DNA of 64,000 bases from Escherichia phage BAU.Micro_ELP-22, in the sequence record OR699282.2, one strand, 5' to 3'. The notes beneath the pieces were generated by a model. That model saw nothing but the letters and a program-made list of their open reading frames with translations. It was not told where the DNA came from and did no database searches. Shown in pieces: positions 12,131-20,966 of the stretch. Positions within the stretch are counted from its first letter, which is position 1. Every line of letters starts with the position of its first letter. A program made the translations under genes and the position numbers.

Positions 12131-12919
12131 ATGAGCAACATTTTCTTCAAAACTATTTCTTTCAAAAAAGCATCTTACTCCTACGCCTACGTTGATGGTA
12201 AAGTGCTTAATATTGTACTGGATGGTGTTGACGTACCAGTTGAATTTAAAACACATGAAGAAGCAGTTGAAGGTGCTAAAGAATTGAATTCAATTCTTAA
12301 TGGTGAAGTAAGTCAAAAACAACATGTAAAATCTGATTTAGATGTACTTTTGGAAAAAATCAAAACTGGTGAAGTATTAGAAATTTTAGACAACTGTAAT
12401 GAAAAACTTCGTAATGTAGTTAATAATGTTCGTGACCAGATTCAAGAAAAAGCACTAGAGCAAGCATTCAAACATGTATCCAAGAATGCTGAATCTCGTA
12501 TTGACGGTATGGTTAAAAATCTTGATGATGTACTATCCCATCTCTTTACTAAAGAATACGAACAAGAAGTTGAAGAAGAACCAGTAAAAGAAACTAAAAA
12601 AGAAAAACGTAGCTTTGGCTCAGGTGATGATGTGTTTGGTTTTACGAATGTCAGAACAAGTGCAGATGAACCAAAAGAAATTAGTGAGATGCTCATTGGT
12701 GACATGACAACTAAGCAGCTTCGTAATGAAATTGACAAGTTTGTAACTAGTTGTATCAAATCAGAACGTGCACAAAGTATGTTTAAAAGCATTAGTGAGA
12801 ACTTTGGTCCAGAAGCAACTGAGCAGGCACTAACTGCATTTAAAGAATTGATTTATAATGTAGCCATTAGCAATCCAGATAAAACACTTGAAGAAGTTCT
12901 ACGTGACAATTTCAAATAA
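12131..12919 (+). CDS. hypothetical acidic protein
   Basis: ATG 9 nt after AAGGAG; ends just before terminator. Confidence 0.6.
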   Translation: MSNIFFKTISFKKASYSYAYVDGKVLNIVLDGVDVPVEFKTHEEAVEGAKELNSILNGEVSQKQHVKSDLDVLLEKIKTGEVLEILDNCNEKLRNVVNNVRDQIQEKALEQAFKHVSKNAESRIDGMVKNLDDVLSHLFTKEYEQEVEEEPVKETKKEKRSFGSGDDVFGFTNVRTSADEPKEISEMLIGDMTTKQLRNEIDKFVTSCIKSERAQSMFKSISENFGPEATEQALTAFKELIYNVAISNPDKTLEEVLRDNFK

Positions 12920-12932
12920 TTAGATAAAATTA

Positions 12933-12960
12933 AAGCCACTACAATGTAGTGGCTTTTTTT
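12933..12960. terminator. bidirectional rho-independent terminator
   Basis: AAAGCCACTAC-AAT-GTAGTGGCTTTTTTT between convergent genes. Confidence 0.75.
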
Positions 12961-12961
12961 A

Positions 12962-14116
12962 TTATGCGTTGTAACCAACTATTACGACTGAGCAGTCAAG
13001 CGGTTCTACTACTTTAAGAATTACATTATCATCTTCATCCACTTGTATTTCACTATGAACTACATGATTGTCTGAAGAATATAATTGAACTTGTGGTAGT
13101 GCTTTACCATGTTCAGTTACTGGAACTGAGATAGAGTACATAGAGTCTTCACCGAGAACCCACTCACTTAAAGTATATTCTTTATGGAAAGGAGTAGTAT
13201 GCAGTGTTTTTCCGATTATACTCAAAGAAACAGGTAAATTATCAGTTTGATACACAGTAATATTACCTTCTGCGTCTACAGAAAGATCTACACCAACTTG
13301 ATATAAGTCACCACTGTATGCTTGAAGTGCTAAGTACTGTCCACGATCATGAACATCAAATGGAACAACCGCAGAAAATACACCTTCCGAAACAGGTTCA
13401 AATTGGGATAGAAGAACTGATGTAACAAAATCAATATCCTCACCACTTTCAAGAACATCAAATTCCACCACTTTAGTGTTATAATATGGAGAAGTGAGTG
13501 TAGCAGTACCTTTCCCTGATTGTGTGATAACATCAACTGGAATTGTAAATGCATCATTAACAAATTGGGTAGTAAAGTATTCTGTCCCGTCTGGTAATAC
13601 GATTGTTATTACCATACCGTTAGTATCAATTTCTGAACCAGTGTTGAATAATTTACCACTAATTGAGTCATTACCAACAAATACTGGTGAAATGAGAATA
13701 TTATCTATATCACGATCTATAATACCACATTCAGGTGTATACATATGATACAAGGTTTGTGAACTACCTAAAATTGTTTTATGTAGCATGAATTTATATA
13801 CAAATCCAGTATCAGTTTCTTGTGGCTCTTCAGAATATCCACGAACAAAGAAACAATTTTTATTAATTTCACTTAATAGTTGGTCATTAGTTTTATTGTA
13901 ATTTAATAGATAACCTTTATTATCTTTAGTTGTTATTTGTACTTTACGATATATTATATTAGTTCTTGGATCAACTAAATCATATAATCTATGGCTTCTT
14001 TGGCGATAGATTCTAATATTTTTTAGTCTAGTTCCATCATTGAGGATTGCACCATCAACAACATAACCACATTCACCAAACTTATAGCGTCCAGCCGCAG
14101 CAATTGACCTTGACAT
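12962..14116 (-). CDS. hypothetical protein (single inverted gene)
   Basis: 384-codon minus-strand ORF with GGAGGG SD and TATAAT on minus strand at 14120-14160. Confidence 0.7.
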   Translation of the reverse strand: MSRSIAAAGRYKFGECGYVVDGAILNDGTRLKNIRIYRQRSHRLYDLVDPRTNIIYRKVQITTKDNKGYLLNYNKTNDQLLSEINKNCFFVRGYSEEPQETDTGFVYKFMLHKTILGSSQTLYHMYTPECGIIDRDIDNILISPVFVGNDSISGKLFNTGSEIDTNGMVITIVLPDGTEYFTTQFVNDAFTIPVDVITQSGKGTATLTSPYYNTKVVEFDVLESGEDIDFVTSVLLSQFEPVSEGVFSAVVPFDVHDRGQYLALQAYSGDLYQVGVDLSVDAEGNITVYQTDNLPVSLSIIGKTLHTTPFHKEYTLSEWVLGEDSMYSISVPVTEHGKALPQVQLYSSDNHVVHSEIQVDEDDNVILKVVEPLDCSVVIVGYNA

Positions 14117-14175
14117 TTATCCCTCCATTGGTATAATTATTATAACGTATTTATTATGCATATCCAAAAAATGAG

Positions 14176-14204
14176 CTTGACTGGTGTATGATTTGGTGTT
14201 ATCA
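14176..14204 (+). promoter_or_regulatory. sigma70-like promoter TTGACT-N17-TATCAT
   Basis: Divergent from minus-strand promoter of 12962..14116. Confidence 0.5.
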
Positions 14205-14232
14205 TGTAGTGAATGAATAATGAGGTGTTTTT

Positions 14233-14817
14233 ATGAATGTTATTGATAATAGATTAGTACTGAAAAATGGAAAAATGACTGTTAAGTTATATAAAGATGA
14301 AGCTGATTCCTTTATGGCAAAAGCGATTGAAAAATCAGAAAGATATAAACTTTTGGCTCCAGCAAGTAAATCGCCATATGGTTTTAATCATGCACATAGT
14401 CATTTTGTTGGTATGGTGTGTGAGCACGCATCTTTAGTACTTTTTAATGAAATTGAAAACAATACTGGTATTAAACTTAATATCGATCCAGCATTCCAAA
14501 ATGAAGCACGTGACGGTGAATGTGATATTAAGGTAAACAACCTTCGTATTGAAGTAAAAGGTATCAAGTATAAATCATGGACTGACTTTGGACCATGTGT
14601 TAGTACTCGACAGTTAAAAAATATCCAGAAAAAAGCTGACGTAATACTATGGGTATTGTATAATGAGAAAAAACAAGAGTTCACGTTTGAGGGATTCAAC
14701 TATGTAAAAGATATTAGTTCTATCCCAGTTGTCCTCACTGGTGTACCAGGGCGACCAATGATTGAAAATCACCCAGTACTCGGTATTATGAAACCACTAC
14801 AGGAGTTACCATTGTGA
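14233..14817 (+). CDS. hypothetical protein (possible PD-(D/E)xK-like motif)
   Basis: 194 codons; DGECDIKVNNLRIEVKG resembles D...ExK nuclease core (weak). Confidence 0.6.
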   Translation: MNVIDNRLVLKNGKMTVKLYKDEADSFMAKAIEKSERYKLLAPASKSPYGFNHAHSHFVGMVCEHASLVLFNEIENNTGIKLNIDPAFQNEARDGECDIKVNNLRIEVKGIKYKSWTDFGPCVSTRQLKNIQKKADVILWVLYNEKKQEFTFEGFNYVKDISSIPVVLTGVPGRPMIENHPVLGIMKPLQELPL

Positions 14818-15041
14818 TTACTGCAACTGTATATCAAGATATCAATGAAGAATTTCATTCTAAAATTGCGTTCTTATCATTTCCTGTACTCCCAGTAGTT
14901 GGGTCAACGTTGAATCTTACCATTTGTGGGTTTGAGAAATATTATAAAGTTCTAGATATTGAGTACTGTGCTGATGTGTATTCATGTAATAGTGAAATTG
15001 CAATTCCAGTATCAATCGATATTATTGTAAAAGAGGTTTGA
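14814..15041 (+). CDS. hypothetical small protein
   Basis: 75-codon ORF, overlapping start. Confidence 0.5.
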   Translation: MITATVYQDINEEFHSKIAFLSFPVLPVVGSTLNLTICGFEKYYKVLDIEYCADVYSCNSEIAIPVSIDIIVKEV

Positions 15042-15499
15042 TTATGTTTAAGAATTTTATGGTTATCGTAGCAGTACTGTTTGGCACATCATGTTTTATT
15101 TCCCCAGTACACGCAGAAGAACAACGTCAAACTATTAAAACTATTGGGACTGGTAAAACTCCCCCTAAACGTACTGCTGACGAATACATGCCTGAAATGC
15201 GTGAACGTTATCGTCAGACATACAGGGAAAAACATGCTAATGATAAACCCATCAAGAAGCATAAATGGGAAGTTGTTAAATCTCCTTCATTTTGTGCTGG
15301 ATATGCTAAAGTAAAGATTGAGCAGCACAAAAACCAGTACTATAAAGATATGTATTCCTTCTATGACTCCAGAATTTCTGACACAGATATGATGGCAGGG
15401 AAGGTTGATAAAGAAGAATTTCTACAAGGCTATGATATGATGGACGATGACAAAATCATGGAATGCGTTGAAGTGTATGAAAAATACAGAGGCTTCTGA
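15038..15499 (+). CDS. secreted protein with signal peptide
   Basis: N-terminus MIMFKNFMVIVAVLFGTSCFISPVHA then charged mature region. Confidence 0.6.
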   Translation: MIMFKNFMVIVAVLFGTSCFISPVHAEEQRQTIKTIGTGKTPPKRTADEYMPEMRERYRQTYREKHANDKPIKKHKWEVVKSPSFCAGYAKVKIEQHKNQYYKDMYSFYDSRISDTDMMAGKVDKEEFLQGYDMMDDDKIMECVEVYEKYRGF

Positions 15500-15975
15500 T
15501 GTTAACAATAGTGTTGTTGGTAAGTCCATTTGTGTATTTTGTGCTGTATAATATTTTTAGTAATGCTAATCATTTTAAATATGCACAAACAATTGCAAAA
15601 CATGAAGGATTTTGGAATTTTTTCCCAGCGTTACTATGCTCATATCTATACCATGAACGCTATTTCATTTTTCCTGAATATAAAAATTATGGTTATGATT
15701 CTAAAGTAAATGGTATAATTGAGTACTGTATAAGAAATTATCTTAATAATAATGATAACGTCCAAGTAAGAATAGGAAATGGTAATATATCAAGAATAGT
15801 TTTCATACCTGATATACAAGACCCAATATACTTATATCCATATGATTATAGTATTAGTGTAGGTTGTTCGATACATGGTAGTAAATCTATGTACGATTAC
15901 TTTATCTTACCACCAACACAAATTAAATTAATAGAAAAATATTTGAGGGAAAAGTTTGACAACAAAGATTCTTAG
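15499..15975 (+). CDS. hypothetical membrane-anchored protein
   Basis: 158 codons; hydrophobic N-terminus. Confidence 0.55.
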   Translation: MLTIVLLVSPFVYFVLYNIFSNANHFKYAQTIAKHEGFWNFFPALLCSYLYHERYFIFPEYKNYGYDSKVNGIIEYCIRNYLNNNDNVQVRIGNGNISRIVFIPDIQDPIYLYPYDYSISVGCSIHGSKSMYDYFILPPTQIKLIEKYLREKFDNKDS

Positions 15976-16016
15976 TATTATAATTAACACACCAAGTAAC
16001 CCAAGGGGGATGGAAA

Positions 16017-16475
16017 ATGGATGTATTAGCTACAAATTTCAAACGTAATGTTGAAGAGCGTGAAGGTTATTTTAGTATTAGTGAAGTTGTCGATGACAAT
16101 TTTAAACAATACATTTTTAATAGTGCAATTAAATTAAAATGCACAAAAGATTCACCTGATCGTAGCTTTACTAAATGGATTGCGTATTGGGAAGATTCAC
16201 CAGTTGCAATTGAAATGACTGTGATTACAACAGTACTTGAAACTGGTTACATCAAAGCCATTATAGTTGATAAGAAAGTCCGTACTCTTGATGAAATTAA
16301 TCCATATCCAGCCCGAAATTCTAAAGTTTTTGGTGTGTTGGTTGATGGTAAATTTATGATAGAAAAAGATGCAAAGGAATATGTAATTAATAAACTTCAA
16401 ACTACATCAGAAAAAAAGGAAGTAGTGGACCAAAACTCTGTTGATGCAATCAAAAAAGCATGGGGACTAAAGTAA
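16017..16475 (+). CDS. hypothetical protein
   Basis: 152 codons, GGGGGA SD. Confidence 0.55.
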   Translation: MDVLATNFKRNVEEREGYFSISEVVDDNFKQYIFNSAIKLKCTKDSPDRSFTKWIAYWEDSPVAIEMTVITTVLETGYIKAIIVDKKVRTLDEINPYPARNSKVFGVLVDGKFMIEKDAKEYVINKLQTTSEKKEVVDQNSVDAIKKAWGLK

Positions 16476-16476
16476 T

Positions 16477-16899
16477 ATGTTCACACTAAGTAATGCAAAA
16501 TATCTTTTTCTTATTAGTATTATTGGTTGGGTTATGGCTCCAGTGCTAAATGCACTGGGGTTTTCCGATGAACATAAACTTTTAAATGTTTCAGGTTTAA
16601 TTCAGGGTATTTCATGGTATACATTAATTACATTTTCAGTGTGCATCAATACATTTGCCCGTGATTATCGACGTTTGTTATATCTGAAAGTATTTGGAAC
16701 TACACGATATAGTTTTGTTTACACTTTCATTTTAGTACCGTGTATGTTATATGCATTTGTATTTGATTACTATACATATCTATGGGTATGTGGAACTATG
16801 TTTGTTATGTTGGAATACATCAGAACTGTTCAAAACTCATATGCCGATGAGTTTCATGATCTAGAAGTTAAACGAAAATTAACGGAGCTAAACAAATGA
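16477..16899 (+). CDS. integral membrane protein
   Basis: 140 codons, multiple hydrophobic segments. Confidence 0.55.
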   Translation: MFTLSNAKYLFLISIIGWVMAPVLNALGFSDEHKLLNVSGLIQGISWYTLITFSVCINTFARDYRRLLYLKVFGTTRYSFVYTFILVPCMLYAFVFDYYTYLWVCGTMFVMLEYIRTVQNSYADEFHDLEVKRKLTELNK

Positions 16900-17321
16900 G
16901 AGGCTATAATAAGATTTGTATTTTTGTATTTTTAGTTTGTGCATTCAATTCGTTTGGTTACTACTGTACAGAAAATAATATTTCATATGGTTTAAATCCT
17001 TTGTGGTTTACAATTTCCAATGTAGCACAAATTGGTATTGCTCTTATGTCTGCACTTATGTTCTGTCCAATTGTCACTATGGATACTGATCATGAAAGGC
17101 TTGGATTTCTCCGTGATACTGGAGACGAACCTTACAGTAGATTGATTGTGTTGTATCCATTTATTGTTATTTTAGGTACTAACATCCAACTTGGGTCATT
17201 ATCTAATAGTGTTACATCAGCAGCTATTGCTATATTTGCATTCACATTTTTTATGGTACACAAATCAGTACTTAATTGGTATATCACAAAAATGGCAGAA
17301 GAAGGTACTAAAAATACTTGA
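16896..17321 (+). CDS. integral membrane protein
   Basis: 141 codons, multiple hydrophobic segments. Confidence 0.55.
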   Translation: MRGYNKICIFVFLVCAFNSFGYYCTENNISYGLNPLWFTISNVAQIGIALMSALMFCPIVTMDTDHERLGFLRDTGDEPYSRLIVLYPFIVILGTNIQLGSLSNSVTSAAIAIFAFTFFMVHKSVLNWYITKMAEEGTKNT

Positions 17322-17346
17322 CATAATTTAGTATGTTATATATAAT
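17318..17346 (+). promoter_or_regulatory. sigma70-like promoter TTGACA-N17-TATAAT
   Basis: TTGACATAATTTAGTATGTTATATATAAT. Confidence 0.55.
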
Positions 17347-17380
17347 TATTTTGTTAAAAACAAATTAGAGTAAGGAACTT

Positions 17381-17632
17381 ATGAACATCGATAAGGTCAA
17401 AGAACTTAGTGCTGCACTAATTAAGAATGAAGAAGTTTGTGAAGAACTTCGCAGTACTATCAAAGTTGAGTACGCACGACTCCAAGGTATGCTTCAAGAA
17501 TCAGAATGGGTAGTAACTAAATCTATCGAAGCAATCTATAAGGATATCGAATCCCTTTTCAACAAGAAAAGTAAGATTGAATCTGATTCATATAACAAAC
17601 GTAAAGAGTTATCTACTGCACTTGGTATCTAA
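17381..17632 (+). CDS. hypothetical protein
   Basis: 83 codons, AAGGAA SD. Confidence 0.5.
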   Translation: MNIDKVKELSAALIKNEEVCEELRSTIKVEYARLQGMLQESEWVVTKSIEAIYKDIESLFNKKSKIESDSYNKRKELSTALGI

Positions 17633-17706
17633 AAGTATTTGAGATAACAAATAATATGGAGTACAATGTGCTCCTAATTTAATTATCAGCTAAAAAGGAA
17701 AACATT

Positions 17707-17967
17707 ATGAAATCTATTCTCGTTGCAGTTAACCTGGTTGCTTCCCCATCTTTCAACTTCAAACAAGTTGTTGCTGATAATCTGAAGAAGATCTGTCCAA
17801 ACGCTGAATTAACTTTCTGTGTGTTTGATTCAGAAAAAGTAACTAAAGTTGATCTAAACTATCTTTTGAACGAAGTAAAAAGCGTTTCTGGTGAAAGTAA
17901 CTTAAAAGTTCTTCATGATATTGCAGAAGATTATGATGACACTCTAGTAATTTCGGAGAAATTCTAA
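17707..17967 (+). CDS. hypothetical protein
   Basis: 86 codons, AAAGGAAA SD. Confidence 0.5.
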   Translation: MKSILVAVNLVASPSFNFKQVVADNLKKICPNAELTFCVFDSEKVTKVDLNYLLNEVKSVSGESNLKVLHDIAEDYDDTLVISEKF

Positions 17968-17972
17968 ATCAA

Positions 17973-18392
17973 ATGATTACATTCATTCAGTACTTAATCA
18001 TTAAATTTTTTGGCTATCATACGATTGAAGGCAAAGCTACACTCGCACATAAAATCTTTGTAGCATTATGTACGGGTGATTATGACGTATTGAATAAGTA
18101 CTGTAAATCTAAAGCATGTATTGATATAATGGCACTTCGTATCTATGAGTGCCGTTCCAATAGATACAATTTTTACCAATACAGATTTGATGAAAAAGAA
18201 TTTGATAGCATCAAAATGCTTAAGAATTTATGTAACAATAAAAAGAATATGCATATATCAGAATTTGTTGCTTTGTATTTTTATTTAAAAAGTTCATTGT
18301 ATATGAACACAATGCAAAGATTCGATACTAGAATTAATGTATTCACCGATAAAGAATTTTATATATACGATAAATTCTTAGATAAGGTTTAA
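17973..18392 (+). CDS. hypothetical protein
   Basis: 139-codon ORF. Confidence 0.5.
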   Translation: MITFIQYLIIKFFGYHTIEGKATLAHKIFVALCTGDYDVLNKYCKSKACIDIMALRIYECRSNRYNFYQYRFDEKEFDSIKMLKNLCNNKKNMHISEFVALYFYLKSSLYMNTMQRFDTRINVFTDKEFYIYDKFLDKV

Positions 18393-18393
18393 T

Positions 18394-18891
18394 ATGACAA
18401 CTGTTTATATTGATAAACGATTAAATTTATTGATTACCGATTCTAGAGTTACGTCAACTATACCACGAAACTTATTTGGTTTTTTCCCACTAAGACCAAA
18501 ATATCAATATGGAGTTGTTAATCAAAAAACTTTATATGTACATGACCGTTTATTCAGTGCTAGTGGGGTAGTAAGTGAAATTGATAAAGTACTGGATTGG
18601 TTAATTAATAAAGTACCAGTTATACCTGACAGAAAGTTAAGTTGCCATTGTGTGCTTCTTTCTAAAGATTATGTTATTCATATGATTTTAACTAAAGGAA
18701 AGTTTATTAAAAAACTTGAATATCTACATGAAGACTACACTTTCTTTATGGGAAGTGGTGGAGAATACATGCTAGATGCTGCTATTCATGAAGAACATAC
18801 AACTTTATATGATAAAGTGTTTAGTACTTTCATGGATGTGCACAACCATGATTGTTTCACAGATGATAATATTAATGTATATCGATTTTGA
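18394..18891 (+). CDS. HslV-like Ntn-hydrolase peptidase (proteasome beta-type)
   Basis: N-terminal MTTVYIDKRLNLLITDSRVT parallels HslV Thr nucleophile region; FFMGSGGEYMLDAAI matches the HslV GSGG motif (recalled, not searched). Confidence 0.55.
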   Translation: MTTVYIDKRLNLLITDSRVTSTIPRNLFGFFPLRPKYQYGVVNQKTLYVHDRLFSASGVVSEIDKVLDWLINKVPVIPDRKLSCHCVLLSKDYVIHMILTKGKFIKKLEYLHEDYTFFMGSGGEYMLDAAIHEEHTTLYDKVFSTFMDVHNHDCFTDDNINVYRF

Positions 18892-18912
18892 TTTCGTCAT
18901 TAGGAGATGTAA

Positions 18913-19878
18913 GTGAAAAAGCTTGATTTAAATACAATTGCCGAAGAAGTTCTGGATGAATGTTTTGCTAATGAAGAAGTCAACACACTAGAAGCCTTAG
19001 ATTTCGTTGAAGATAAAGATGAAAATGAAGGTAAAGTACAAAGCAGTTTCAAATATAATATTACACTTAAGCGACCACCAAATGTTTCCAATGAAGATCT
19101 AATTCGTGATATTCAAGCTGGTATCAATGTAAAGAAAAACACTGAACTGTTAGTTCGTTACAATTATGGACTGATTATTGATGTAGCAAGTAAATGTACT
19201 TGTTATATCCCATTTGAAGATAAGATTTCATATGGTGTTGAGGGGTTCATGAGAGCACTAAAAACCTTTGATCTTAATAAGAATGTTAAGTTCATTACCT
19301 ATGCTTCTTCTAGTATTTACATGACAGTCTATAACGAAAGTTCTGACGCTAACTATATGGTACACTTCCCACGTTATATGAGTGTTCATAAGATCAAAGT
19401 AAAAAGATTCTGTCAGGAATATATGCGTAAACATGGTGTTCGCCCAACTCCTGAAATAATCTCAGAGGGTACTGGGATTGAGATTCAGCATGTTAATAAT
19501 TGTTTGTTATTTCAAAGCGAATACACTTCGCTGGATGCACCATTAGACGGTGTTACAGATGGTACATTAGGTGACATTATTCATTCACCTGCTTCTGATT
19601 TTAACCTCAATGTTGATAGTATCCGTGCACCTTTACGTTATGCTATCAATGAACTGACTAACGAATTGAGTACTAAAGAACGTGAGATTATCCAGCGTGT
19701 TCATGGTCTAGGTGAATATGAACCTGAAACGCTTCGTGAGATTGCTGATAATGGTTTTGTTGATGATAATGGAAAATATGTTAAATCCCGTTCATCAATA
19801 CACCGAAAGTACAGTGAAGCTATGCAAAAGCTTAAGAAGTTAGTACTTGCAAAAGGGTACGAATACGAAGATTTCTAA
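18913..19878 (+). CDS. sigma-70 family RNA polymerase sigma factor
   Basis: GTG start after TAGGAG; regions 2 and 4 recognisable: NVKFITYASSSIYMTV, HFPRYM, GVRPTPEIISE, LSTKEREIIQRVHGL..TLREIA. Confidence 0.7.
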   Translation: MKKLDLNTIAEEVLDECFANEEVNTLEALDFVEDKDENEGKVQSSFKYNITLKRPPNVSNEDLIRDIQAGINVKKNTELLVRYNYGLIIDVASKCTCYIPFEDKISYGVEGFMRALKTFDLNKNVKFITYASSSIYMTVYNESSDANYMVHFPRYMSVHKIKVKRFCQEYMRKHGVRPTPEIISEGTGIEIQHVNNCLLFQSEYTSLDAPLDGVTDGTLGDIIHSPASDFNLNVDSIRAPLRYAINELTNELSTKEREIIQRVHGLGEYEPETLREIADNGFVDDNGKYVKSRSSIHRKYSEAMQKLKKLVLAKGYEYEDF

Positions 19879-19884
19879 AGAACA

Positions 19885-19911
19885 AGGGTTGGCTTATGCC
19901 AACCTTTTTTT
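19885..19911 (+). terminator. rho-independent terminator
   Basis: GGTTGGC-TTAT-GCCAACC followed by TTTTTTT. Confidence 0.8.
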
Positions 19912-19949
19912 ATGGGATGAAGTAAAAGTTTGTGATATAATTATCTTGT

Positions 19950-20430
19950 ACAATTCTGTTGGCATGATATTCATGTACCTGATCCACTCGAAAACGTAGA
20001 GGGCAGTTGAGCAGTCCGACAGTGCGAACAGCAAAAGAAACCCGTTAGATGTGGGCATAGTTTGAACCCCTCACGGCAATGCGGCTGTATAAAGAACCAC
20101 GTTAGGATAGCTGGTGGTTCCTTGATAGACATATAAGGATAACACCTTACGAATTATCTAAGGGAGAGTTATCGAATTTTGTACAGGAAAGTTGCGTCCA
20201 AAATTTGAGTACTCACATTAAGTATTTGATTGCATAGATACTTAATGAAGATACACTATGTTTAAAAGTGTAGACCGTCATATGAAACTGAAGTAGAGAG
20301 AAACAGGATGACCCGCTTTCGCACTCGTTATGAGTAATCTTCAATGCAATAGCTCTGATACCATCAGCGTCAAATTTCCCTCCTTGTGGGGGGAAGAAAA
20401 ATCCCTTCCTCAAATCCCGTCAATATTAAA
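19950..20430 (+). ncRNA. candidate structured noncoding RNA
   Basis: ~600 bp gene-free, GC-richer interval between terminator and next promoter; extended -10 TGATATAAT at 19933-19941; G/C hairpins. Confidence 0.3.
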
Positions 20431-20435
20431 AGTCC

Positions 20436-20464
20436 TTGACAGTTATTAATCATTCGCGTAGAAT
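20436..20464 (+). promoter_or_regulatory. sigma70-like promoter TTGACA-N17-TAGAAT
   Basis: Upstream of 20529 operon. Confidence 0.55.
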
Positions 20465-20528
20465 ACGTAGTATTAGAAGCGAACAGACATCTCGAAGAGA
20501 TGGATGATTAACCATTAAGGAATATCCA

Positions 20529-20738
20529 ATGAATTCAGTAATCTTTTTAGTAGTCGCTTTTTCTGTTAATTCCGGTGTACAAATAACCCCAATGAATTCC
20601 ATGAATCAATGTATAGCAGTACGTGATAGTACATACGAACAAGTAAACAAAGATATTTGGATTACAGTTAATAAAGAACAAATGTGGTGTTACAATAGTA
20701 ATACTAACACAAAGCTTATTGTAGGACAAACTCAATGA
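20529..20738 (+). CDS. small secreted protein
   Basis: 69 codons; hydrophobic N-terminus. Confidence 0.5.
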   Translation: MNSVIFLVVAFSVNSGVQITPMNSMNQCIAVRDSTYEQVNKDIWITVNKEQMWCYNSNTNTKLIVGQTQ

Positions 20739-20965
20739 GTTATGGTGTTCGTTTTGAGATTCGTTCTATTGTCATCGATGCAGAGAAACAAGTATCGTTA
20801 GATGGTGATATACGTGAAATTTATCTATCATGTATACGTGCGAAATCTGAAGCAGATGCCTTAGTACAAATGTATAGTTTTAACTTTTCAAATGGATTCT
20901 ATTTGGTACGAGTTATTGAAGTGAAAAAAGTACTTATTGGTTGTAGCATAGAAGGATTAATGTAA
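20735..20965 (+). CDS. hypothetical protein
   Basis: 76-codon ORF. Confidence 0.5.
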   Translation: MSYGVRFEIRSIVIDAEKQVSLDGDIREIYLSCIRAKSEADALVQMYSFNFSNGFYLVRVIEVKKVLIGCSIEGLM

Positions 20966-20966
20966 A

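Noticed and set aside
20213-20413. 66-codon minus-strand ORF in the structured intergenic region
   Set aside because: No SD or promoter on that strand; interval better explained as structured RNA or regulatory DNA.
19912-20528. Group I self-splicing intron
   Set aside because: The interval is intergenic; no split host gene flanks it and I could not identify conserved P7/P3 core pairings by eye. Left as a generic ncRNA candidate.
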